The position numbers were made by a program, and so were the translations under genes. DNA of 64,000 bases from a bacterium (GTDB lineage: Bacteria; Zhuqueibacterota; Zhuqueibacteria; Zhuqueibacterales; Zhuqueibacteraceae): the NCBI GenBank assembly GCA_044869275.1, contig JBIOXB010000223.1, positions 64,001 through 128,000 on the forward strand, in the 5' to 3' direction. Shown here piece by piece: positions 1-9,417 of the stretch. The notes under the pieces are model-generated. The model had not been told where the DNA came from, searched no databases, and saw only the letters and a list, made by a program, of their open reading frames with translations. The first letter of the stretch is position 1. Every line of letters starts with the position of its first letter.

Positions 1-933
1 CCGCTGGGTCAATTGCCTGCGGAAGAAAGAGTGCATCTCGGCTTGGATTTTCATTATTGGCAATTTAATTTCAAGTTGCGCTATAACGGCGGCGATTTCT
101 ACGATTTGTTCGGCCCGACCAAGAGAAGCCGTAAGGGCTACTCCGCCGACCTGCTCTACAAAAAGTATCTGCAGTTTGACGAATCTTCCACCGGTTCATA
201 TAGCGTCGATTATTATCTGCAAGCCGCAGGATATGGCGGGCTGGAACGATTGCCGGAGTTTCAGAATATCGCGGCCTCGTTTGACAAGGCGTTCTATTTC
301 AACGCCGGTTTCAATCACCAAAATCTTGCCCGGCCTTTGGGCGCGGTCGAAGCGGAAAGGGGAATTCGCTTTCAAGTCCATTCTGAAAACAGCATCAGCA
401 ATGCCAAGTTTTTTCCGCATCTCTACACCGCCTTGGACCATGGCTTCATGTTGCCGATCCCGCATTCGTCGCTCTGGTTGCGCGGCTCTGCGGGTTATGC
501 CTACGGTGATCGCGACAACTCCTTTGCGAATTTCTATTTCGGCGGCTTTGGCAATAATTGGATCGATCATCTGTCGTACCAGCGTTTTCGCGAATACGAG
601 AGTTTTCCCGGTGTGGAGCTGAACAGCATCGGCGGGACCAATTTCGGCAAACTGCTGGCGGAATGGACTTTGCCGCCGTTGCGTTTTCGCCGTTTGGGTT
701 TGCCCACGCTGTATTGCCGTTGGGCGCGCCTCGCGCTTTTTTCTGCCGGTATCGTCACCAACGTTGACAGCGCACCGGTTCGCCGGGAAGTTTTCGATTT
801 CGGTGGGCAATTGGATTTCAATATCGTTTTGTTTTCGAATTTGAATTCGACGTTTTCGCTGGGTTATGCCGCAGCATTCGAGGCACGGCAGCGGCTGGCA
901 AAAGAGTTCATGATTTCGCTGAAGATTCTCTGA
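1..933 (+). CDS. Outer-membrane beta-barrel protein, C-terminal part (5' truncated by window edge)
   Basis: Frame is open from base 1. Alternating aromatic/polar beta-strand pattern, surface-antigen-like segment FYFGGFGNNW...R, hydrophobic C-terminal strand EFMISLKIL. Confidence 0.6.
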   Translation, partial: PLGQLPAEERVHLGLDFHYWQFNFKLRYNGGDFYDLFGPTKRSRKGYSADLLYKKYLQFDESSTGSYSVDYYLQAAGYGGLERLPEFQNIAASFDKAFYFNAGFNHQNLARPLGAVEAERGIRFQVHSENSISNAKFFPHLYTALDHGFMLPIPHSSLWLRGSAGYAYGDRDNSFANFYFGGFGNNWIDHLSYQRFREYESFPGVELNSIGGTNFGKLLAEWTLPPLRFRRLGLPTLYCRWARLALFSAGIVTNVDSAPVRREVFDFGGQLDFNIVLFSNLNSTFSLGYAAAFEARQRLAKEFMISLKIL

Positions 934-1019
934 GGGTGCTTGATAATGGCTACGATTGGGAGGTCCAGCAACGTGGACGGGTTTGGTGCTAGCCAGGGAC
1001 ATATCTCTTAGAGCCTAAA

Positions 1020-4000
1020 ATGAATTCCAGAATTAACTCTCTCGTTCTGGTTACCTTGCTGCTCGTAGGCCATCTTACAATCGTGTTTCATGCTCAGTCG
1101 CAGCCTCGGCAGCAAAGTGGCGCAGAAAAATTGGCCTGGCCACCGCCATCACCTAATCTCGGGAAGGTACAGATTGAACCCCTGCAGATTCAGGGTATCC
1201 AGGCAGTGCAGGATCAGCAGGGATTTATGTGGGTTGTAACCCAAAATGGCCTTTATCGCTATGACGGTTATTCTTATATCCACTACCGGCACGATCCGCT
1301 GGACTCGACCTCCATTTCATATCCCCGGCTGGAATGCCTGTACGTGGATCGCGACGGAATCTTGTGGGTGGGTAGCTATGGCGGCGGCCTCAACCGTTAT
1401 AACCGCGAAACCGACACGTTTACCCGCTTCCGGCACAACGAAAAGGATCCGAAGAGCTTGAGCCACGACGAGGTGACGGCAATTCTGGAAGATCGTCATA
1501 GCATGCTCTGGGTCGGCACGCACGGCGGCCTCAACCGCTTTGATCGCCAGACCGGCGTGTTCACGCGCTATCTGCATGATCCACTTAATCCCGCCAGTTT
1601 AAGCTGCGATCAGGCACGGGTGCTTTATGAAGATCGGCAAGGAACGCTTTGGATCGGCACCGGCGAACCGGATATATCTGCACTCCTGCGCATCCAGGGC
1701 GGCCTTAACCGTTTTGACCCCCAGAGCGAGACTTTTGTCCGGTACCTGCACGATTCGGCTGATCCCACCAGCCTGATCCACGATCAAGTGTTATCGCTCT
1801 GCGAGGATTCTCGGGGTAATTTCTGGGTCGGCACCATGGGCGATGGGTTGCACACCATGGATCGGAAGCGGGGAACCTTCACCCGCTTGCGCTACGATCC
1901 GGCCAATCCTCGGAAATTGAGCGCTCCGTTTTTAGATGGCACTCAGGTGGTACCGGAAGAATGTAATGGCTGGTTGAATTGTGGCGGGGTCACTTTCATT
2001 CATGAAGACCGTTACGGCATGCTCTGGATCGGCCGTCTTGGCGGCGGTATCAATCGCTATGATCCGGAGGCGGGAGCTCTGGTTCATTATGAAGTAGCAA
2101 CCAGTGGCCTGTCGGATAATTTTATTTGGCGGATGTATGAATCACATGACGGCACTTTGTGGATCGGGACCTGGCTTAGAACACATAAGCTGATTTCCTC
2201 AATAACTGCGTTTCCGCTGTATTTGCCGCATCCGGTGAACGCCAATGCAGGCTTGCAGCTCGTTACCAGCTTATTGGAAGACCGTGACGGAATGATTTGG
2301 AGCTCCACCTGGGGTAATGGTGTGGTTCGTATTGACCGCAGCACCGGTGTGGTTACAGAGTACCGGCACGATGCCAACGATCCCAATAGCTTGGGAAGTG
2401 ATATCGTCCCTTGTCTATATGAAGACCGGTCAGGCGCGCTTTGGATTGGGAGTGGAGGAATAGTACTCAGTCGCTACGACCGCGCTACGCAGCGGTTTAC
2501 CCACTTCCGGCATGATCCTGCAAACCCGGCAAGCCGGGGATCAAGCACCATAACGTGCATCCTTGAAGACCGGCATGGCAGGTTGTGGGTCGGCACCGAG
2601 TTTGGAGGACTTGAGCGACGTGACCCGGCCACGGGGCTTTTCAGGCATTTCCAGCATAACCAAAAAGACTCTACCAGCGTGGCACATCAATCTATCGACA
2701 CCATCCATGAAGATCGATCAGGCGTTCTGTGGATAGGAACTGGAAATGGCCTTAGCCGTTTTGATCCGAAAACGGAATCCTTTAAAACATTTCTCTACGG
2801 CAGGCGAATTACTTCCCTTTATGATGATTCAGGTGGTCATTTCTGGATTGGTACCCTGGGAAACGGGCTGCACCGTTTCGACCGCGAGACCGGAGCGAGC
2901 ACCCGCTTTGACCAGGAAAATGGTCTGCCTAGCGAAAACGTGGCAGGCCTGGTGGAAGACAACAACGGCTTTCTCTGGGTCAGCACCTCCGAAGGAGCAT
3001 TCGCCTCCATTGGCGGGCAGTTATCAAGATTTGATCGAAAAGCTGAGACCTTTACGAACTTCAGCAGCCTAGACGGACTGCCGGACATCGGGTTTTTTAG
3101 AGGGGCTTTTCTGAAGACCAGGGATGAGAAGTTGTTTTTCGGAGGAAACGGCGGCTTTACAGCTTTCGACCCGGCAACGATCCGGGAAAACAAGCTCGGA
3201 GCACCGAAGATGGTGCTGACCGGCCTGCGAGTGTTTAATAAAGAAGTCAGGCCCGGCTCGGCGTCACCACTCCGGCAACCACTATATAAGGCCACGGAAA
3301 TCATCCTCTCTTATGACCAAAACGATTTCACGATAGACTACACGGGGCTTTCCTACCACACGCCGGAGAAGAATCGGTATTATTACAAACTGGAGCCACG
3401 CGATGCCGATTGGGTGAATTCCTACGCTCAGCGCAGTGCGCGTTACTCCGGTTTATCGCCGGGGAGTTATGTTTTTCGCGTGCGTGCGGTGGATGACAAG
3501 GGGAATGCGAGCGAGGAAGACGCCTCGATTCGGGTGGTGATTCTGCCGCCTTTGTGGCGCACGATCTGGGCTTACATACTTTATGGCTTGTTGTTCATTG
3601 CGGCAGTGTATGCGATAGACCGGTTTCAACGCCGGCGACTGTTCCGCGAAGAACGCGAGCGCGCCCGGGAAAGGGAGCTACAGCAGGCGCGGGAAATCGA
3701 AAAGGCCTATAACGAATTGCAGAAAACGCAGCAGCAGCTCATTACGCAGGAAAAGCTCGCCTCGCTCGGCCAGCTCACCGCCGGCATCGCGCACGAAATT
3801 AAGAATCCGTTGAACTTCGTCAATAATTTTGCCGTGCTCACCACGGATTTAACCAAAGAATTACGCGAAGTGCTGGAAACGCACACCGGCAAATTGGATG
3901 CAGCAGCACAAGGAGAGGTGCAGGAAGTATTGCAGTTACTGGACCAGAATATCGCCAAGATCAATGAGCACAGCAAGCGCGCGGACAATATTGTGAAAGA

Positions 4001-4628
4001 TATGTTATTGCATTCGCGTGGTGAATCCGGCGAGCGGCGGGCAGCGGACGTCAACGGCATTCTGGATGAATATGTGATGCTGGCGTATCACAGCATGCGC
4101 GGCACGGATTCAACTTTTAATATTAAAATCGAAAAAGATTACGATCCCACGATTGGCCGTGTCGAAGTTTTTCCACAGGATTTGAGCCGGGTCTTTCTCA
4201 ACTTGGTCAATAACGCCTGCTACGCCACGCACGAGAAGAAAAAAAGTTTGACGGGGAGAGTGGGGGAAGGGGAGAGCGGGAGAGAGGGCGACGGGGCGAC
4301 GGGGAGAGATGGAGAAACCGCCAGGCACAGTCACCTACTCTCCCAGTCTCCCTCTCGGCTCTTCACGCCGACGCTTTCCGTCACAACCAAAAATCTCGGC
4401 GACAGAATCGAAATCCGCATTCGCGACAACGGCAACGGCATTCCTGCGGAGATTCGCGAAAAAATTTTCAATCCCTTCTTCACCACGAAACCGGCGGGAC
4501 AAGGCACGGGCTTGGGTTTGTCGATCAGTTACGACATCATCGTGCAGGAGCATCACGGGGAAATCAAAGTGGAAACGGAGGAAGGGAGTTTTACCGACTT
4601 TATCATCAGATTGCCTCGCAAACTATAA
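1020..4628 (+). CDS. Sensor histidine kinase HK1: signal peptide, two-component regulator beta-propeller repeats, Y_Y_Y domain, TM, HisKA, HATPase_c
   Basis: Repeated EDRxGxLWIGTxGGLNRFD blades; YVFRVRA (Y_Y_Y); PPLWRT+TM; H-box [15 protein letters not shown]1, F and G2 boxes (NNAC, DNGNG, FFTTK, GTGLGL). Confidence 0.95.
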   Translation: MNSRINSLVLVTLLLVGHLTIVFHAQSQPRQQSGAEKLAWPPPSPNLGKVQIEPLQIQGIQAVQDQQGFMWVVTQNGLYRYDGYSYIHYRHDPLDSTSISYPRLECLYVDRDGILWVGSYGGGLNRYNRETDTFTRFRHNEKDPKSLSHDEVTAILEDRHSMLWVGTHGGLNRFDRQTGVFTRYLHDPLNPASLSCDQARVLYEDRQGTLWIGTGEPDISALLRIQGGLNRFDPQSETFVRYLHDSADPTSLIHDQVLSLCEDSRGNFWVGTMGDGLHTMDRKRGTFTRLRYDPANPRKLSAPFLDGTQVVPEECNGWLNCGGVTFIHEDRYGMLWIGRLGGGINRYDPEAGALVHYEVATSGLSDNFIWRMYESHDGTLWIGTWLRTHKLISSITAFPLYLPHPVNANAGLQLVTSLLEDRDGMIWSSTWGNGVVRIDRSTGVVTEYRHDANDPNSLGSDIVPCLYEDRSGALWIGSGGIVLSRYDRATQRFTHFRHDPANPASRGSSTITCILEDRHGRLWVGTEFGGLERRDPATGLFRHFQHNQKDSTSVAHQSIDTIHEDRSGVLWIGTGNGLSRFDPKTESFKTFLYGRRITSLYDDSGGHFWIGTLGNGLHRFDRETGASTRFDQENGLPSENVAGLVEDNNGFLWVSTSEGAFASIGGQLSRFDRKAETFTNFSSLDGLPDIGFFRGAFLKTRDEKLFFGGNGGFTAFDPATIRENKLGAPKMVLTGLRVFNKEVRPGSASPLRQPLYKATEIILSYDQNDFTIDYTGLSYHTPEKNRYYYKLEPRDADWVNSYAQRSARYSGLSPGSYVFRVRAVDDKGNASEEDASIRVVILPPLWRTIWAYILYGLLFIAAVYAIDRFQRRRLFREERERARERELQQAREIEKAYNELQKTQQQLITQEKLASLGQLTAGIAHEIKNPLNFVNNFAVLTTDLTKELREVLETHTGKLDAAAQGEVQEVLQLLDQNIAKINEHSKRADNIVKDMLLHSRGESGERRAADVNGILDEYVMLAYHSMRGTDSTFNIKIEKDYDPTIGRVEVFPQDLSRVFLNLVNNACYATHEKKKSLTGRVGEGESGREGDGATGRDGETARHSHLLSQSPSRLFTPTLSVTTKNLGDRIEIRIRDNGNGIPAEIREKIFNPFFTTKPAGQGTGLGLSISYDIIVQEHHGEIKVETEEGSFTDFIIRLPRKL

Positions 4629-4643
4629 CACAAGGAGAATATC

Positions 4644-6548
4644 ATGTCCAGTGCTTATGAGCAACTCTATAAACGATCGCTTGAGGACCCGGAGGGCTTC
4701 TGGGCCCAGGCCGCCGAAGAGGTTCACTGGCTCAAGAAATGGGACAAAGTTTTCGATGATTCACGCCACCCGTTCTATCGCTGGTTTACCGGAGGCATGA
4801 CCAACAGTTGCTACAACGCTCTCGATTTGCACGTCGAAAACGGCCGCGCCCACCAACCCGCTCTCATCTATGACAGCCCGGTCACCGGCACGATCAAGAC
4901 TTTTACTTATCGCGAGTTGCTGGATGAGGTGTCGCGCTTTGCTGGTGTTCTGACTCGCCAGGGAGTTCAAAAAGGAGACGGCGTCATCATTTACATGCCA
5001 ATGGTGCCGGAGGCGGCGATTGCCATGCTGGCTTGCAGCCGAATCGGTGCGATTCACTCAGTGGTCTTCGGAGGTTTTGCTGCCAAAGAGCTGGCAAGCC
5101 GCCTCAGTGACGCCAGGCCAAAGCTGATCGTGTCCGCTTCCTGCGGCATCGAAGTCAACCGCGTTTTGCCGTACAAGCCGCTGCTTGACGAAGCGATTGC
5201 GATCGCCTCGGCGAAGCCTGAGCGATGTATTATTCTCCAACGTCCGCAAGAGAAGGCCGCCATGATCGCCGGGCGCGATCACGATTGGTCGGAGCTGATG
5301 GCGGACGCCAAGCCCGTCGCATGTGTGCCAGTGGCTGCCACTGATCCGCTTTACATTCTCTACACCTCCGGCACGACGGGAATTCCCAAGGGCATCGTGC
5401 GCGATAATGGCGGACACTTGGTTGCTCTCAAATGGAGCATGAGAAACATCTATGGCGTCGAGCCGGGTGAGGTCTATTGGGCGGCCTCCGATTTGGGTTG
5501 GGCGGTCGGCCATTCCTACATCATCTATGGCCCTCTCTTTAATGGAAACACCACTGTTCTTTACGAGGGCAAACCAGTCGGCACACCTGACCCCGGCGCC
5601 TTCTGGCGGGTCATCTCGCAACATAATGTGAGCGTCCTCTTCACGGCGCCGACAGCTTTTCGGGCGATCAAACGCGACGACCCCAACGGTGACTATATCC
5701 GCAAGTATGAATTGAGCCGCTTCCGAACGCTTTTCCTTGCCGGCGAGCGGTGCGATCCCGACACCTTATTATGGGCACAGAAGCAGCTTAATGTGCCGGT
5801 CATCGATCACTGGTGGCAAACGGAGACCGGCTGGCCAATTGGCGCCAACTGTGTGGGGTTAGGAATGTTCCCGGTCAAGCCGGGTTCCTGCACCAAGCCG
5901 GTTCCGGGCTATGACGTGCGTGTGTTGGGGGCAAATGGCACGGAAGTATCGGATGGTGAAATCGGCAACATCGTTATCAAGCTTCCCCTGCCGCCCGGCT
6001 GTCTGCCGACGCTGTGGAACAACGACGAAGGTTACCGGAATTCTTATCTAAGCGCCTTCCCCGGCTACTATTCGACCGCAGATGCCGGCTACAAGGATGA
6101 GGACGGCTATCTCTGGGTCATGAGCCGCACCGATGACATCATCAACGTCGCCGGCCACCGCTTGTCAACCGGCGCGATGGAGGAGGTGCTCGCCTCTCAT
6201 TCTGACGTCGCCGAGTGCGCTGTCTTCGGGGCTGCGGACGAGCTCAAAGGAGAAATTCCATTGGGTCTTGTCGTGCTCAAAGCCGGCGTGCAGCGTGCCC
6301 ACGACGAGATTATTCAGGAGCTGATCCGGATGGTGCGTGAGAGGATCGGCCCGGTGGCTTCTTTCAAAGTTGCGACGATTGTCAAGCGGTTGCCCAAGAC
6401 GCGCTCGGGCAAGATCGTGCGCGGCACCATCAAGAAGATTGCTGACGGTGTGGAATACCGCATTCCACCGACGATTGACGACCCGGCGATTCTCGAGGAA
6501 ATCACCGAAAGTCTGGCGGTTTTGGGCTATCCGCGGCGAGCATCATGA
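4644..6548 (+). CDS. prpE: Propionyl-CoA synthetase (acyl-CoA synthetase family)
   Basis: YILYTSGTTGIPKG AMP-binding motif, DHWWQTETG, LPKTRSGKI; LFLAGERCDPDT is typical of the PrpE subfamily; AGGAG RBS. Confidence 0.85.
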   Translation: MSSAYEQLYKRSLEDPEGFWAQAAEEVHWLKKWDKVFDDSRHPFYRWFTGGMTNSCYNALDLHVENGRAHQPALIYDSPVTGTIKTFTYRELLDEVSRFAGVLTRQGVQKGDGVIIYMPMVPEAAIAMLACSRIGAIHSVVFGGFAAKELASRLSDARPKLIVSASCGIEVNRVLPYKPLLDEAIAIASAKPERCIILQRPQEKAAMIAGRDHDWSELMADAKPVACVPVAATDPLYILYTSGTTGIPKGIVRDNGGHLVALKWSMRNIYGVEPGEVYWAASDLGWAVGHSYIIYGPLFNGNTTVLYEGKPVGTPDPGAFWRVISQHNVSVLFTAPTAFRAIKRDDPNGDYIRKYELSRFRTLFLAGERCDPDTLLWAQKQLNVPVIDHWWQTETGWPIGANCVGLGMFPVKPGSCTKPVPGYDVRVLGANGTEVSDGEIGNIVIKLPLPPGCLPTLWNNDEGYRNSYLSAFPGYYSTADAGYKDEDGYLWVMSRTDDIINVAGHRLSTGAMEEVLASHSDVAECAVFGAADELKGEIPLGLVVLKAGVQRAHDEIIQELIRMVRERIGPVASFKVATIVKRLPKTRSGKIVRGTIKKIADGVEYRIPPTIDDPAILEEITESLAVLGYPRRAS

Positions 6549-6576
6549 AATGGAGACAAAATACTGAGTTTTTGAT

Positions 6577-7750
6577 ATGCACTTCTTGGAAGGCTATCGC
6601 GAGCAGTGGATTCATCTGGGCACCCACCGCGAGGCCACGAATCGGATTCAACGTCGGCGCTTGATCAAAGAAGAACGCGAACGGGCGGAAGCGGAACGCA
6701 AAGACCTTGAGTTAAAAAAGGCTGCAGAGCTTAAAGTCGCTTATCAGAAATTGACGGAGGCCCACGGACGCCTGAAAGCCACGCAGCAACAACTGGTCAC
6801 GCAGGAGAAGCTCGCCTCGCTCGGCCAGCTTACCGCCGGCATCGCGCACGAGATCAAGAATCCGCTCAACTTCGTGAATAACTTTGCGGTGCTGTCGGTG
6901 GATTTGGCGAAGGAGTTGCGGGAGGCGATGGCGAAGATCGAGGATGGTGGATCGAGGATCGAAGATTGTGGATCGTGAAAGACTGGCGAAGATCGAGGAT
7001 CGTGGATCGTGAAAGTTTCGCCAATATCGAGGAGATTTTGGAGACGTTGATAAAGAATGCCGAAAAGATCAACCACCACGGCAAGTGCGCGGACAGCATC
7101 GTGAGGAGCATGATGCAGCACGCGCGCGGCGTTTCCGATCAGCGCGAGTTGGCGGGTATCAATCATTTGCTCGACGAGGCTGTGAATCTCACGTATCACG
7201 GCATGCGCGCCAACGAAGCTTCTTTCAACATCACGATTGAAAAGGATTACGATGAGACGATTGGCAAGCTCGAAATCGTGCCGCAGGATATTAGCCGGGT
7301 GTTTTTGAATATCGTCAACAATGCGTGTTACGCCGCGCACCAGAAAGCGCGAGTGGGTGAAGGGGAGAGCGGGAGAAAGGGAGACGGGGTGAGTGGGAGA
7401 GGGGGAGGGGCGACGGGGAGAGAGAGGGCGAAACCGCGAGGCCCAGTCACCCACTCTCCCAGTCTCCCTCTCGGCGCTTCACGCCGACGCTTTCCGTCAC
7501 AACCAAAAATCTCGGCGACAAAATCGAAATCCGCATTCGGGACAACGGCGACGGGATTCCGGTTGACATTCGCGACAAAATTTTTAATCCTTTTTTCACG
7601 ACAAAACCGACTGGACAAGGCACGGGGTTAGGCTTATCGATCAGCTATGATATCATTGTGCAAGCACACCAGGGCAATATCCGCGTCGAAACAGATGAAG
7701 GAAAATTTACGGAGTTTATCCTCAGCCTACCCCGAAATAAAGGACACTAA
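6577..7750 (+). pseudogene. Degenerate sensor histidine kinase remnant with an internal deletion and two frameshifts
   Basis: Frame 1 (6577-) carries a Y_Y_Y stub and the H-box. Frame 3 (~6966-7440) carries the DHp end and N-box. Frame 2 (~7478-7750) carries G1/F/G2 boxes up to TAA. Both shifts fall inside repeat arrays. Confidence 0.85.
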
Positions 7751-7752
7751 AT

Positions 7753-7890
7753 CTAGCAGGTTGCTGAAAAACTCCTTTTTCTGTCATGCCCGCGAAAGCG
7801 GGCATGCAAAAACTTCAACAAATTCATGGATCCCCGCATTCGCGGGGATGACAGATACAAGCAATTCGAGACTTTTCAGCATCCTGCTAG
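7753..7890. mobile_element. MITE-like element with terminal inverted repeats enclosing two REP-like palindromes
   Basis: Left end CTAGCAGGTTGCTGAAAA matches the reverse complement of the right end CTAGCAGGATGCTGAAAA (17/18). Internal GTCATGCCCGCGAAAGCGGGCAT and GGATCCCCGCATTCGCGGGGATGAC. Confidence 0.8.
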
Positions 7891-7968
7891 AAAACAATTT
7901 TAATATCGCTTAGGCAAGCAGCTTGACCTTATAGAAAACGGCTTTGCGCGGCGAAGGAGTGAAAAGCC

Positions 7969-9417
7969 ATGGCAATCAAAATCCTCGTTGTGGATGATGA
8001 ACCTGACTTTCAGGACGTCGTCAACCAGCAGTTCAGGGCCCAAATACGCGCGCAGCAAATGGAATTGGTTTTTGCGGAAAACGGCGCGCGTGCTTTGGAG
8101 AAACTACGGGGTAGTCAGAACTTTGACATGCTGCTCACCGACCTCAACATGCCGGTCATGGACGGCCTCACTTTGCTCACAGAGGTGCTGACCACCTTTC
8201 CGCTGTTGCGTTCCGTCGTGGTTTCGGCTTATGGCGATATGCACAATATCCGGGCCGCGATGAACCGCGGCGCTTTCGATTTCCTGATCAAGCCAATTGA
8301 TCTTGATGATTTGGAGATCACGATTAGGAAAACCTTGCACGCCGCGCAGCAATTGCAGGAAGGCGTGCGCCTGCAGCGGGAAAAAATCGAGCTCGAACGG
8401 CGCAATCAGTTTATTCGCGCAACCTTTGGCCGCTATGTTTCCGACGAAGTGGTGGAAACCCTGCTGGCCTCCCCGGAGGCCTTGAAGCTGGGCGGCGAAA
8501 AGCGCGAGGTCACCGTTGTGCTGTCGGATTTGCGCGGCTTTACCTCCCTGTCGGAACGGCTCATGCCTGAGCAAGTGGTTGCACTCTTGAATCGTTATTT
8601 TGAAGTTATGATCGACATCATCTTGCAATACGGCGGAACGATCAATGAGTTCATCGGTGATGCCATCTTGGTCATGTTTGGCGCGCCGATCGCACGCGCC
8701 GATGACGCGCAAAGGGCCGTGGCCTGCGCCGTTGCCATGCAACTCGCTATGCCCTCCATCAACAAAAAGAATAACGAGGACGGTTTACCCGCAATAGAAA
8801 TGGGTATTGGCATGAGCACCGGCGAGGTCGTGGCGGGAAATATTGGATCGCTCAGACGCACCAAATACGGCATTGTCGGTCGGCATGTCAATCTCGCTTC
8901 CCGAATTGAGTCTTATACGATAGGCAATCAGATTCTGGTTTCAGAAGCGACTTTGGCAGCAGTGGGTTCGATGGTGAGCGTCAGCCGGCAGATCAAGATG
9001 GAAGCAAAAGGGTTTGAAAATCCATCCACGATCTATGAAGTGATGGGGATTGAAGGCCAGTATAACTTCTTTTTATCGGAAAGAAGTGACCAGCTTGTGG
9101 CGCTGCCGCGTCCTCTGACCGTGCACTGCACGATACTCGAAGGCAAACACGTAAGTGGAATGAGCTTTTCGGCGAATTTTACCGCGCTTTCGTTGCGCGG
9201 AGGAGAAGTGCAGGCCGCGCATCCCGTTGCTGTTCTGGCCTCCGTTAAAATGCGGCTCAGCGACCTGGAGGGAAAAGAAATTGCGGCGGACATTTACGGC
9301 AAGGTAATATCCCTGCTCCAAAGTGCTCACGCGGATTTTTATGTTCATTTTACTTCGGTGCCGCCCGAAGTCAAGGAGTTTTTGCATGGCCTTGTAAGCG
9401 CTGTTGGGGCGCATTGA
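7969..9417 (+). CDS. Response-regulator (REC) class III nucleotide cyclase, guanylyl-type specificity residues, with C-terminal beta domain (possibly PilZ-like)
   Basis: KILVVDDE/DLNMP/FLIKP REC; FGRYVS linker; SDLRGFT, NEFIGDA, GEVVAGNIG, VNLASRIES cyclase motifs. Confidence 0.9.
   Translation: MAIKILVVDDEPDFQDVVNQQFRAQIRAQQMELVFAENGARALEKLRGSQNFDMLLTDLNMPVMDGLTLLTEVLTTFPLLRSVVVSAYGDMHNIRAAMNRGAFDFLIKPIDLDDLEITIRKTLHAAQQLQEGVRLQREKIELERRNQFIRATFGRYVSDEVVETLLASPEALKLGGEKREVTVVLSDLRGFTSLSERLMPEQVVALLNRYFEVMIDIILQYGGTINEFIGDAILVMFGAPIARADDAQRAVACAVAMQLAMPSINKKNNEDGLPAIEMGIGMSTGEVVAGNIGSLRRTKYGIVGRHVNLASRIESYTIGNQILVSEATLAAVGSMVSVSRQIKMEAKGFENPSTIYEVMGIEGQYNFFLSERSDQLVALPRPLTVHCTILEGKHVSGMSFSANFTALSLRGGEVQAAHPVAVLASVKMRLSDLEGKEIAADIYGKVISLLQSAHADFYVHFTSVPPEVKEFLHGLVSAVGAH

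Noticed and set aside
7647..7913. 88-aa ORF containing WIPAFAGMT
   Set aside because: It is a translation of the REP/MITE plus an off-frame kinase tail.
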